A stretch of 64,000 nt of DNA from Bacilli bacterium (GTDB lineage Bacteria > Bacillota_I > Bacilli_A > RF39 > UBA660): the NCBI GenBank assembly GCA_017435465.1, contig JAFSEX010000005.1, positions 70,793-134,792 of the forward strand, given 5' to 3'. The notes beneath the pieces are model-generated. The model did no database searches. It saw only the letters and a program-made list of their open reading frames with translations, and was not told the DNA's origin. Position numbers and translations under genes: made by a program. Of this stretch, positions 27,120 through 36,723 are shown piece by piece (positions within the stretch are counted from its first letter, which is position 1; each line of letters begins with the position of its first letter).

Positions 27120-27644
27120 CTATTGATCACTATCATACTGCATTAACAACTTCGAAAAAATTTCCACATGTTTTCTTTCATCTAAAATTATTCTTTCGAT
27201 TACTTTTCTTATATTCTCATCATTAATTTCACTTAAAAGTTTATTATACTGTTCAATTGATTCATTCTCGATTTTAATATTATTAACGAGCATCTCCCTA
27301 TAATTTATAGTAAAATTCACATAATCACTATTCCAAGGAATAGGTTTATTATTATCATACGAAATAAAATATGGATTTAATCCCAGCGCTTTAATTAATT
27401 CTCCTAAAATTCTAAGATGCTCCATTTCAGTTATTGAAATTGTTTTTAATATATTACTCAAGTCAACATAATCACATAAATATATACTTTGAAAAGAATA
27501 TTGATTAATATCAGTTAACTCACTTACATTTCCTGCGTATAATTCAAAAAGCTTATATGCAAGATTAGGATCTTTTTTATTAACTATAATTTTAGGATAT
27601 GGAAGATTAACTTTAGGATTTAAATTATTATTCACACTAACCAC
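27120..27644 (-). CDS. Ferritin-like / manganese-catalase-family protein (CotJC-like)
   Basis: Di-iron/Mn-type helices are present: ELYAGNVSELTDINQYSFQS, ITEMEHLRILGELI, and C-terminal ILDERKHVEIF (ExxH pairs). Confidence 0.6.
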   Translation of the reverse strand: MVSVNNNLNPKVNLPYPKIIVNKKDPNLAYKLFELYAGNVSELTDINQYSFQSIYLCDYVDLSNILKTISITEMEHLRILGELIKALGLNPYFISYDNNKPIPWNSDYVNFTINYREMLVNNIKIENESIEQYNKLLSEINDENIRKVIERIILDERKHVEIFSKLLMQYDSDQ

Positions 27645-27746
27645 CCAATAATATATTATGATTTAATACAAATAATAATTCTATAATAGTTGCAAATATT
27701 CTTAAAATATGGTTTAATTTTATTGTAAATAAGGAGAGTGTGATAT

Positions 27747-28244
27747 ATGTTAAAAGATATTCATAAAAGATTAGGTATTCAATTAATTATATATATTATA
27801 GTATTATATTTAATTCCATTTATATCAGTAAATTTTTTACCAGATAATATTAGGGATATTGTAAATGCATTATTTTTAGTTGTGTTCAACTTATTAATCT
27901 TTGTAATAATGGCTTCTATTGATACATATAAATATAAGCTAAATTGGTTTTTATGGATATTGCCAGGATTATTATTTATTCCGTCAATGTATCTATTTCA
28001 TAATAATACCGGTTTATGGGTTTATTCTTTATTATATTCTGTAAGTTATGGAATTGGTATGTTACTTGGGTGGTCTTATAGAACATATGGATATCAATTA
28101 AAACCTGGATACAAAAAAGTATATGTTGAAGAAAAACGTAAAGAATCAGAATTAAGAAAAAAAGAAAAAGAAGAATTAAAAAAACAAAAATCAAATAAAA
28201 TAACTACTAAAAAAACTAGGGATAAGGCAAAAAAAGGTGATTAG
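27747..28244 (+). CDS. Membrane protein with a Lys/Glu-rich C-terminal tail
   Basis: Four hydrophobic segments followed by EEKRKESELRKKEKEELKKQK. No family recognised. Confidence 0.55.
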   Translation: MLKDIHKRLGIQLIIYIIVLYLIPFISVNFLPDNIRDIVNALFLVVFNLLIFVIMASIDTYKYKLNWFLWILPGLLFIPSMYLFHNNTGLWVYSLLYSVSYGIGMLLGWSYRTYGYQLKPGYKKVYVEEKRKESELRKKEKEELKKQKSNKITTKKTRDKAKKGD

Positions 28245-28275
28245 AATTTTTCTAATCACCTTTTTTATCCCCATA
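28229..28275. terminator. Bidirectional terminator built from the last codons of two convergent genes
   Basis: Perfect inverted repeat AAAAAAGGTGATTAGAA-ttt-TTCTAATCACCTTTTTT. Each arm encodes KKGD-stop for one of the convergent ORFs. Confidence 0.7.
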
Positions 28276-28749
28276 ATTTAATGGTACTACTTTTATTAAC
28301 TTTTTATTATTGTTTGCATATATATCATTTTCAATAACTATACCGCGTTCACGAAAAGCTTTATATAGCTCATCAATTTTTCCAGGAACATATTCCCATA
28401 TAAATTTCCCCTCATAAATACTTCTTTCCGGATTATAGATTTTATATCCATTTATATCACACATCGTGTATAATGTTGCCATCCCACTTTTTGTTGATTT
28501 TCTAATTACATTGCTTTCACCAGCCATATCACCCATAAATTCAGTTATATAAAATTTATAAAAATAAATCATATTGGATATAATATATTTTTCTAATTCA
28601 TCTATTGTATCAAAAAAAATACTATCAGATATTCCATCAATTTCATACAATTTCATTTTAGCATTAGGAATTTCTATTAAGGGATTAATATTTTTAGAAT
28701 TAATAACAGATGATTTTTGCGAAAAAATCTTATCATTATCTTCTTGCAC
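28252..28749 (-). CDS. Hypothetical protein
   Basis: 165-aa ORF with coding-like composition. No motif recognised. Confidence 0.5.
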   Translation of the reverse strand: MQEDNDKIFSQKSSVINSKNINPLIEIPNAKMKLYEIDGISDSIFFDTIDELEKYIISNMIYFYKFYITEFMGDMAGESNVIRKSTKSGMATLYTMCDINGYKIYNPERSIYEGKFIWEYVPGKIDELYKAFRERGIVIENDIYANNNKKLIKVVPLNYGDKKGD

Positions 28750-28889
28750 ATAAATCTTCCTTTCATAAATATATTATATAACTTTATATGCTAAATTTCA
28801 AAAAAAATAATAAGTAATAGACAATTATTTGTTTTTTTTATATACTAGTAATAGTTATATTAAAATATAGGAGGGTAGTTAATTTTATT

Positions 28890-29040
28890 ATAATAAGCGC
28901 CTGGACTTTTAAAGTTGACGAGGATAGTAGTTATCGAAATACTCGGCGGATGCTACTACGGGACTAGGATACTCGTAAAATATATATTTAAAATGCAAAA
29001 TATTTTATTGCTACAAAGGTATATATTAAATCCACATTTT
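28890..29040 (+). ncRNA. glmS ribozyme (GlcN6P-responsive self-cleaving riboswitch)
   Basis: The core strings A|GCGCC (cleavage site at about 28896/28897), GTTGACGAGGATAGTAGTTATCGAAATACTCGGCGGATGCTACTACGGG match the conserved glmS core (GACGAGG..UAUCGAA..CGGCGGAUGC). It lies directly upstream of glmS. The 3' extent is approximate. Confidence 0.85.
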
Positions 29041-29075
29041 TTTTATAATACAATAAAACAATAGGAGGATTATAT

Positions 29076-30902
29076 ATGTGTGGCATTGTAGGTTATGTAG
29101 GCAAAAATAAAAATGCACTACATGTTTTAATTGATGGCTTAAAAGCCTTAGAATATAGAGGGTATGATTCAGCTGGAATTGCTGTTATAAATGATGATAA
29201 AATAAAAATAGTAAAATCACATGGAAAGATTAAAAATTTAGAAGAAAAATTAAATGAAGTTGATAATTCTTATATAGGGATTGGTCATACTAGATGGGCA
29301 ACTCATGGAAAACCAACAGAAGTAAATGCCCATCCACATAAAGCTGGTAGTGTAACTTTAGTTCATAATGGAATAATTGAAAATTATGAAGAATTAAAAA
29401 AGGATTTAAGAAAACAGGGATATAAATTTAAATCAGAAACAGATACAGAAATTGCTTGTGCATTAATTGATAGTATTTATAAAACATCAAACAATAAATT
29501 GTTAACTCTTAAAAAAGCTAATGAAATGATTAAAGGATCGTTTGCTTTTGGAATAATATTTGATAATGATATAAATAATATTTATTCAATGAGAAAGGAT
29601 AGTCCACTAATAATAGCTTTAGGAGATAATGAAAATTATATTGCATCAGATGTTCCAGCAATTCTATCGTTTACTAATAAATATATTCTTTTAGATAGTA
29701 ATGAATATGCAGTAATAAGTGAAGATAAAATTGATATATATGATAATAATCTTAATTTAATTAATAAAGATATAAAAGAATATGAAGGTACAAAAGAAGT
29801 GGTTATGAAAAATGGTTATGAGCATTTTATGTTGAAAGAAATACATGATGAACCAAAAGTAATAGAAAATACTTTTAAACAATTTATTAAAAATAATGAT
29901 ATTAATGAATTAATTGATAATATGCCAGATTTAAGTAAGTATGATAACATTGACATAGTTGCGTGTGGAAGTGCATATCATGCTGGATTGATAGGTAAAA
30001 GTTTAATAGAAAAATTTGCAGATATTCCAGTAAATGTAGAATTAGCAAGTGAATATAGATACAAAAAAAACTTTAATAATGAAAAAACTTTAACTATATT
30101 AGTATCACAATCCGGTGAAACTGCAGATACACTTGCAGCACTAAGAAAAGCTAAACAAAATGGAACTTACACACTAGGAATTATAAATGTTGTGGGTTCT
30201 TCGATTGCTCGTGAAGCGGATAGTGTTTTATATATTAAAGCAGGATGTGAAATAGCAGTTGCTACTACTAAAGCATATTTAGCGCAAGTTTTAATATTAT
30301 CACTTATTACAATTAACAAAGCAATATCAAATAATAATATTTCAAAAGAAAAAGCAAAACTAATCTTAGAAGATTTAAAGAAACTTCCAAACATGATTGA
30401 TGATTTAATTAAAGAAAAAGAGAAATTTGAAATTATAGCTAAAAATATTTATAAAGATAATAACATATTTTTTATTGGTAGGGGTGTAGACTATGCGATA
30501 AGTATGGAAGGGTCTTTAAAACTAAAAGAAATATCTTACATTAATTCACAAGCTTATGCAGCTGGTGAATTAAAGCATGGAACAATTTCATTAATAGAAA
30601 ATGGTACTCCAGTTGTCGCAGTTGTTACTGATGAAAATATTGCTGAAAAAACTATAAGTAACATCAAAGAAACAAAAGCACGTGGCGCAAATGTTATTTT
30701 AATAACAACTCAAAAACTAAATGAAAAATATGGTGATTCAGATTTTTATGATCAAAAAATTGTTATTCCAAATATTAGTGAATTTTTTACACCAATATTA
30801 GCAATAGTTCCATTGCAATTAATAGCATATGAAGTTGCTAAATTAAGAGGGGAGAATATCGATCAACCACGTAATTTAGCAAAATCTGTTACAGTGGAAT
30901 AA
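29076..30902 (+). CDS. glmS: Glutamine--fructose-6-phosphate aminotransferase
   Basis: The N-terminus is MCGIVGY. It has two SIS domains and the C-terminal RNLAKSVTVE. 608 aa. Confidence 0.95.
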   Translation: MCGIVGYVGKNKNALHVLIDGLKALEYRGYDSAGIAVINDDKIKIVKSHGKIKNLEEKLNEVDNSYIGIGHTRWATHGKPTEVNAHPHKAGSVTLVHNGIIENYEELKKDLRKQGYKFKSETDTEIACALIDSIYKTSNNKLLTLKKANEMIKGSFAFGIIFDNDINNIYSMRKDSPLIIALGDNENYIASDVPAILSFTNKYILLDSNEYAVISEDKIDIYDNNLNLINKDIKEYEGTKEVVMKNGYEHFMLKEIHDEPKVIENTFKQFIKNNDINELIDNMPDLSKYDNIDIVACGSAYHAGLIGKSLIEKFADIPVNVELASEYRYKKNFNNEKTLTILVSQSGETADTLAALRKAKQNGTYTLGIINVVGSSIAREADSVLYIKAGCEIAVATTKAYLAQVLILSLITINKAISNNNISKEKAKLILEDLKKLPNMIDDLIKEKEKFEIIAKNIYKDNNIFFIGRGVDYAISMEGSLKLKEISYINSQAYAAGELKHGTISLIENGTPVVAVVTDENIAEKTISNIKETKARGANVILITTQKLNEKYGDSDFYDQKIVIPNISEFFTPILAIVPLQLIAYEVAKLRGENIDQPRNLAKSVTVE

Positions 30903-31019
30903 AATACTAAAATCATTCAAAAAACTTTGAATATTAATAAAAATGTTATTAATGCTATTATAAAAAGTGGATTATCAAAAATATTTAGTCTATCATGTGA
31001 AAAAACAATAATGATGTAA

Positions 31020-31409
31020 TTAATTATTATTGTTTTCTTTTAATAATATATAATTTCTAACTACCGAAAAAACTTCTACTAAAGTTGCAATTAATGCTAA
31101 ACTAGATGTAATCAAATTTAGTAATCTACTATTTATTTCATCTTCACTACTTTCAGGATTATTAATTGTATCTAAATAATTTGATAAATTAAAAAGAAAA
31201 AACATTAAAACAATCGCACTAGCAATACTTCTATTAATAAGTGCTTGAATAACAAACTCTTCATCACTAATACTATCAATATCAAGTATTCTTTTTTTCT
31301 CATTAATTAATAAATATATTGAATGGATTAAAAGGGAAATAATAATTATTATTCCAATAATTGACCAATCAATTTGCTTAAGTCTTTTTTCATTTTCCAA
31401 ATTAATCAC
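31020..31409 (-). CDS. Hypothetical membrane protein
   Basis: 129 aa with about three hydrophobic segments. Confidence 0.45.
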   Translation of the reverse strand: MINLENEKRLKQIDWSIIGIIIIISLLIHSIYLLINEKKRILDIDSISDEEFVIQALINRSIASAIVLMFFLFNLSNYLDTINNPESSEDEINSRLLNLITSSLALIATLVEVFSVVRNYILLKENNNN

Positions 31410-31489
31410 ATCTCTTTCTTATAAATTTTATGTAATTAATTGTAGAAATAATTTAATTTTTATGATAATTTTATATAGGTGGTGATTTT

Positions 31490-31951
31490 ATGATAATTGG
31501 ATGTTGTTGTTATATAAAGAAAAATAATCAAACACTATTTTTAAAAAGAACAAAAAAGAAAAATGATGTAAGTCATGATAAATATTTAGGTGTTGGTGGA
31601 AAACAAGAAAAAAATGAATTTATTGATGACTGTCTAATTCGTGAAGTAAAAGAAGAAACAGGGTTGGATCTTATTTCATATAAATTAAAAGGAATTGTTT
31701 TTTATCCAAGTTTTTGTGGAGGAGAAGATGAATTTGTATATTTCTATACATCCGATGAATTTATAGGCGATTTAATAGATTGTAATGAAGGAGATTTAGT
31801 TTGGATTGATGATGATAAAATATTAGATTTATCACTTTGGGAAGGGGATAAATTAATATTTGACTGGTTTAAAAAAGATAAAATATTTAACGCTATATTT
31901 TACTATGATGATAATGGAAACTTCAATGATTACAAGGTTAATTTCTACTGA
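31490..31951 (+). CDS. NUDIX hydrolase (MutT-like)
   Basis: Nudix box GGKQEKNEFIDDCLIREVKEETGL. Confidence 0.75.
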   Translation: MIIGCCCYIKKNNQTLFLKRTKKKNDVSHDKYLGVGGKQEKNEFIDDCLIREVKEETGLDLISYKLKGIVFYPSFCGGEDEFVYFYTSDEFIGDLIDCNEGDLVWIDDDKILDLSLWEGDKLIFDWFKKDKIFNAIFYYDDNGNFNDYKVNFY

Positions 31952-32058
31952 TTTTACATTATTATAAAATTAATCTAAAAAAATATTAAAAAGATTGAAT
32001 AACTACAATTTTATTTGTTATAATATAATTGACAACGAATATGAAAGGTGATTAATAT

Positions 32059-32508
32059 ATGGAATTTAAAATTACAACAAAAAATGAAGAAGAAACAATT
32101 GAATTAGCACAAAACTTTGAATCAGAAAAATTTCCCAATATGGTTATTTGCCTTAGAGGTGATTTAGGTAGTGGAAAAACTATTTTTACTAAGGGGATCG
32201 CAAATGCTTTAGGTATTACTGAAACAATTACATCTCCTACATTTAATATAATTAAAGAATATGAAGGAGAACTACCACTATACCATATGGATGTATATAG
32301 ATTAAATGGAAAAGTAGATGATTTAGGACTTGAAGAATATTATAAAAAAGGTGGAGTAGTAGTTATTGAATGGGCAGACATGATAGAAGACTACTTACCA
32401 GAAGAAAGATTAGATATTAAAATTAAAGCAATAGATGAAGATGTTAGAGTATTTATAATTAGACCTTATGGACAACAATATGAAGAGATGTGTGAGGCTG
32501 TTTTATGA
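32059..32508 (+). CDS. tsaE: tRNA t6A37 biosynthesis ATPase TsaE
   Basis: LRGDLGSGKTIFTKG P-loop, SPTFNI and YHMDVYRL motifs. It is followed by tsaB. Confidence 0.9.
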   Translation: MEFKITTKNEEETIELAQNFESEKFPNMVICLRGDLGSGKTIFTKGIANALGITETITSPTFNIIKEYEGELPLYHMDVYRLNGKVDDLGLEEYYKKGGVVVIEWADMIEDYLPEERLDIKIKAIDEDVRVFIIRPYGQQYEEMCEAVL

Positions 32509-33095
32509 CATATCTCTTTTTAGATACAAGCTCTAATACTTTAATATTATCTTTAATTAAAGAAGATAAAGTAATTGATAAAATAATTATGGAATCATTA
32601 AAAGAACACTCAATATATGCAGTTGAAAAATTAGATGAAATTTTAAAAAACAACAATTTGACTCCAAATGATGTTGACAAAATATTTGTAGTAAATGGTC
32701 CAGGATCATTTACTGGAGTTAGAATTGGGGTAACAATTGCGAAAACTTATGCATATTGCTTAAAAAAAGATATTGTTCCAATTTCAAGTTTAAAAATGAA
32801 AATATTAGAATATAAAGATTATGATAATTATGTTTCAGTTATGAAAGATAAAAGAGATTTAGTTTATTGTGGAGTATACGATAAAGAATATAAAACAATT
32901 TCCGAAGAATTAATAACAACTGAACAACTACAAAACAGATTAGAAAAATTAGATAATTATAAATTAGTAGAATGTGAAAATGATGATACAAATAGAAAAA
33001 ATCTAAACATTATTGAAGTTATTAATTATTATAAAAATGAAAAAAGTGTTAATCCACATGAATTAAATCCAATATATTTAAAAGAAGTGATTTAA
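32505..33095 (+). CDS. tsaB: tRNA t6A37 biosynthesis protein TsaB
   Basis: The start overlaps the tsaE stop. LFLDTSSN and VVNGPGSFTGVRIGV motifs (YeaZ family). Confidence 0.85.
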   Translation: MTYLFLDTSSNTLILSLIKEDKVIDKIIMESLKEHSIYAVEKLDEILKNNNLTPNDVDKIFVVNGPGSFTGVRIGVTIAKTYAYCLKKDIVPISSLKMKILEYKDYDNYVSVMKDKRDLVYCGVYDKEYKTISEELITTEQLQNRLEKLDNYKLVECENDDTNRKNLNIIEVINYYKNEKSVNPHELNPIYLKEVI

Positions 33096-33512
33096 ATGAT
33101 TTGTGAATCTAATGAATATTTAGATGAAATTTTAAAAATTAGCGATAAAAAAGATATTTTAGAAAGTACTAATCCTTTTTCAAAATATTTGGTATATATT
33201 GAAAATAATGAAGTAATTGGATTTTGTTATTATTATGATATATACGAAAAATTAGATATTGCCTATATCTTTGTAAGGGAAGATAAAAGAAATAATAAAA
33301 TTGCTTCTAAGTTATTAGAATATTTAATTAATAACAATCAAGATAAAGAAAATATAACATTAGAAGTTAATGAAAATAATATAAATGCGATTAAATTGTA
33401 TGAAAAATTTGGTTTTAAAAGTGTAGCCAAAAGAGAAGGATACTATAATGGAATTGATGGTATCTTAATGGAAAAGAAATTAGAAGAATTATTCAATTCA
33501 AAAATTGAATAA
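33096..33512 (+). CDS. rimI: GNAT acetyltransferase (RimI-like)
   Basis: GNAT motif A region (RNNKIASKLLEYL) and ...NAIKLYEKFGF. It occupies the conserved tsaB-rimI position. Confidence 0.75.
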   Translation: MICESNEYLDEILKISDKKDILESTNPFSKYLVYIENNEVIGFCYYYDIYEKLDIAYIFVREDKRNNKIASKLLEYLINNNQDKENITLEVNENNINAIKLYEKFGFKSVAKREGYYNGIDGILMEKKLEELFNSKIE

Positions 33513-33588
33513 TTCTTTTTTACATATAAAATTGACATTATTATAAATCTATGTTAACATAACAATTAATTTTTAGGGGGAATTATGT

Positions 33589-34830
33589 ATGAATGAAAAA
33601 TATTTAGTAATTAATGCAGGTAGTTCATCTTTAAAATTTTCTTTATATGAAATGCCTGAAGAAAAAGAAATTGTAAATGGTTATGTTGAAAGAATTGGAA
33701 ATGAAGGAAGTTGTTATTCGTTAAAGTATAATGGGAACAAAATCCAAAAAGAAAAATTAATAATGAGTCATGTTGAAGCAGTTCAAATTATGTTACAAGA
33801 ATTATTACAAAATAATTTTATTTCTGATTTAAGTGATATTAAAGGTGTAGGTCATCGTGTTTTACATGGTGCTGAAAAATACTCTGATTCAGTAATAATT
33901 GATGATAGTGTTTTAAATGATATTGTATCTTTAACTGAACTTGGTCCATTACATCATCCAGGGCAAATTGATGGTATTAAAGCAATGCAAGAATGCTTAC
34001 CTGGTGTTCCACAAGTAGCGGTTTATGATACTGCATTTCATCAAACAATGCCAATAGAAAATTACTTGTATGCTACACCATATGAATGGTATGAAAAAGA
34101 TGGTGTTAGAAAATATGGATTTCATGGAACAAGTCATAAATATATAACTGAAACTATGAAAGAACATTATGGTACAGATAATGTTAATTTAATAATTTGT
34201 CATTTAGGTAGTGGCGCTAGTATGTGTTGTGTTAAAAATGGTAAATCAATTGACACAACTATGGGATTTACACCACTTGCAGGACTAATTATGGGAACAC
34301 GTTCCGGAGATATTGATCCATCAATTATTCCATACATTATGAAAAAACAAAATAAAACAATCAATGAGGTAATTGATGATTTAAATAAAAAAAGTGGATT
34401 ATTAGGAATTGCTTCAAAAAATGATTTTAGAGATATTTGTGCAATGGCTAATAATGGAAATACTAATGCACAATTAGCATTTACAAAGTTTAAAAAAAGC
34501 GTTGTTAAACAAATCGCAGATTATTATTTTCAATTAAATGGAAAAGTAGATGCAATTATCTTTACTGCTGGTATTGGAGAAAATACTCCATCAATTAGAG
34601 AAGCAATTGTAAATGAAATATCTAATCCTATGAATATAAAATTAAATAAAGAATCAAATAATAATATTGCAAGTTTTAAAGAACAAAAAAGTGGAAAGAT
34701 TTCTACTAATGAATCTAGTACTGATGTATTAGTAATACCTACTAATGAAGAACTTATGATAGCACTAGATACATATAGATTATCAAAAGAAAATAATAAA
34801 GATAATAATAAAACAAAAGTATACAAATAA
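33589..34830 (+). CDS. ackA: Acetate kinase
   Basis: LVINAGSSSLKF, GHRVLHG, YGFHGTSH and TAGIGEN motifs. Confidence 0.95.
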   Translation: MNEKYLVINAGSSSLKFSLYEMPEEKEIVNGYVERIGNEGSCYSLKYNGNKIQKEKLIMSHVEAVQIMLQELLQNNFISDLSDIKGVGHRVLHGAEKYSDSVIIDDSVLNDIVSLTELGPLHHPGQIDGIKAMQECLPGVPQVAVYDTAFHQTMPIENYLYATPYEWYEKDGVRKYGFHGTSHKYITETMKEHYGTDNVNLIICHLGSGASMCCVKNGKSIDTTMGFTPLAGLIMGTRSGDIDPSIIPYIMKKQNKTINEVIDDLNKKSGLLGIASKNDFRDICAMANNGNTNAQLAFTKFKKSVVKQIADYYFQLNGKVDAIIFTAGIGENTPSIREAIVNEISNPMNIKLNKESNNNIASFKEQKSGKISTNESSTDVLVIPTNEELMIALDTYRLSKENNKDNNKTKVYK

Positions 34831-34846
34831 TATAGGGGGATAAGAT

Positions 34847-35599
34847 ATGCACATAATTGAGAATGGATATAAAAATCATGATGGAATATATTATGATAAT
34901 ATAAGAAATGTTCATTATGATAAAAAAAATGATACTATTAATAATCTTGGTTTATGTGTAAATCAGACAGAGTATAAAGAAAACGATCCGTTTGCCCCAT
35001 CATTTAGTGATGAATTAGGAGTGTATATTTATAAATCATATTATGACAAAAATAAGGCTTTAAGATTATATAAAGATTATGGAAATTATAAATTTGTTTT
35101 TCATAATGATGAAAAACTTATATCAGAATTACAAAGAAGACAAAAAAATATAAAATTAACCGATTTTCCAACAGGTATAATTAGTATAGAAGATTATACC
35201 GTTGGACAAGAAATAGTTTATTATGAAAATTTTAATACACTCTTAAATGTAATTAAAAATAAAGATATAAAAGATAATATTTTCGATATATATTTGGAAA
35301 TGTTAAAAATATTAAAAGAATTATATATTAATGGTATTGTATATTCTGATATTCATTATAAAAATTTTATGGTTGATTCGAAATTAACAATAAAATTAAT
35401 TGATTTTGAACCAAGATATGTTAAATTTGATGAAAATAGTAAATATTTATATGAAACAATGATTAGAAATTTAAAAAATACAATAAATAGTATTAATTTA
35501 CTTTATAATATAAAATTTAATAATAATTTTAATAATACAACAACACTAGAACAAGTCGAAGAATCTATAATGGAAAAACAATATTTGTTAAAAAAATAA
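34847..35599 (+). CDS. Minimal protein-kinase-fold protein (Bud32/RIO/CotS-like architecture), function unknown
   Basis: Catalytic-loop-like YSDIHYKNFMV (D and N spaced as in HxDxxxxN), metal-binding IKLIDFE (DFG-like) and KALRLYK (VAIK-like). Only about 60 aa follow the DFE. RBS GGGGGA. Confidence 0.5.
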   Translation: MHIIENGYKNHDGIYYDNIRNVHYDKKNDTINNLGLCVNQTEYKENDPFAPSFSDELGVYIYKSYYDKNKALRLYKDYGNYKFVFHNDEKLISELQRRQKNIKLTDFPTGIISIEDYTVGQEIVYYENFNTLLNVIKNKDIKDNIFDIYLEMLKILKELYINGIVYSDIHYKNFMVDSKLTIKLIDFEPRYVKFDENSKYLYETMIRNLKNTINSINLLYNIKFNNNFNNTTTLEQVEESIMEKQYLLKK

Positions 35600-35683
35600 A
35601 AGTTACTTAAAGCTTTTATTTTTTTATGATTGTAAAAACATTAATTTTATAGTAAAATATGATAGTAATTTGTAGGTGATTTT

Positions 35684-36688
35684 ATGAAAGATACATATAT
35701 TTTAGCAATTGAATCTAGTTGTGATGAAACAAGTATGAGTATAGTTAAAAATGGACATGTAGAAATTTCTACTGTAACACTATCACAAATGGATATACAT
35801 AAACAATATGGTGGGGTAGTTCCTGAAATTGCTTCAAGAAATCATATTGAAAATATTACTATGGTTTTAGATGAGTGTTTGGAAAGTGCAAAAATGACGA
35901 TGGATGATATTGACTATATTGGAGTAACATATGGACCAGGTCTAGTGGGTTCATTACTTGTTGGAATACAATGTGCAAAGACATTAGCGTTTCTATATAA
36001 TAAACCATTAATTCCAGTTCATCATATTGCAGGACATATATATGCTAATAGATTAGTAGGAGAATTTAAATTCCCATTAATGGCACTTGTTGTAAGTGGT
36101 GGACATACTGATTTAATTATTATGAAAGAAGATTATAGATTTGAATATATTGGTGGAACATTAGATGATGCAATTGGTGAAGCATATGATAAAGTTGCTA
36201 GAGTAATGGATTTACCATATCCTGGTGGTCCAAGAATAGATAAGTTAGCAAAAATTGGTAAACACACATATAATTTACCAACACCTAAAAATGATAACAG
36301 TTATGACTTTAGTTTCAGTGGTATAAAAAGTGCAGTTATAAATCTTGCACATAATGAAAAACAAAGAGGTAATGAATTAAATAAAGAGGATTTAGCTTGT
36401 TCATTCCAAGAAACTGTTGTAAACATTTTATCTAAAAAAACTATGAAGGCTATTAAAGAATATAATCTAAAACAATTAATCGTAGCAGGTGGTGTTGCTG
36501 CTAATTCAGGACTTAGGGAAAGTTTAACAAAATTATGTGAAGAACAAAATATTGAACTTTTAATACCTCCAATTAATTATTGTACTGATAATGCTACTAT
36601 GATTGGATGTGCTGCTTATTATGCACAAAAAGATGGTAAAATAGCTGATTTAAAATTAAATGCTAAAGCCGTTGAAAAATTAAATTAA
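35684..36688 (+). CDS. tsaD: tRNA N6-adenosine threonylcarbamoyltransferase TsaD
   Basis: LAIESSCDETS, VHHIAGHI, SGGHT and VAGGVAAN motifs (Kae1/TsaD family). Confidence 0.95.
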   Translation: MKDTYILAIESSCDETSMSIVKNGHVEISTVTLSQMDIHKQYGGVVPEIASRNHIENITMVLDECLESAKMTMDDIDYIGVTYGPGLVGSLLVGIQCAKTLAFLYNKPLIPVHHIAGHIYANRLVGEFKFPLMALVVSGGHTDLIIMKEDYRFEYIGGTLDDAIGEAYDKVARVMDLPYPGGPRIDKLAKIGKHTYNLPTPKNDNSYDFSFSGIKSAVINLAHNEKQRGNELNKEDLACSFQETVVNILSKKTMKAIKEYNLKQLIVAGGVAANSGLRESLTKLCEEQNIELLIPPINYCTDNATMIGCAAYYAQKDGKIADLKLNAKAVEKLN

Positions 36689-36722
36689 AAAAAACATCTG
36701 AAAATTAAGATGTTTTTTTTAA
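36687..36722. terminator. Bidirectional terminator between convergent tsaD and the amidohydrolase gene
   Basis: AACATCT...AGATGTT stem flanked by an A-run and a T-run. Confidence 0.75.
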
Positions 36723-36723
36723 T

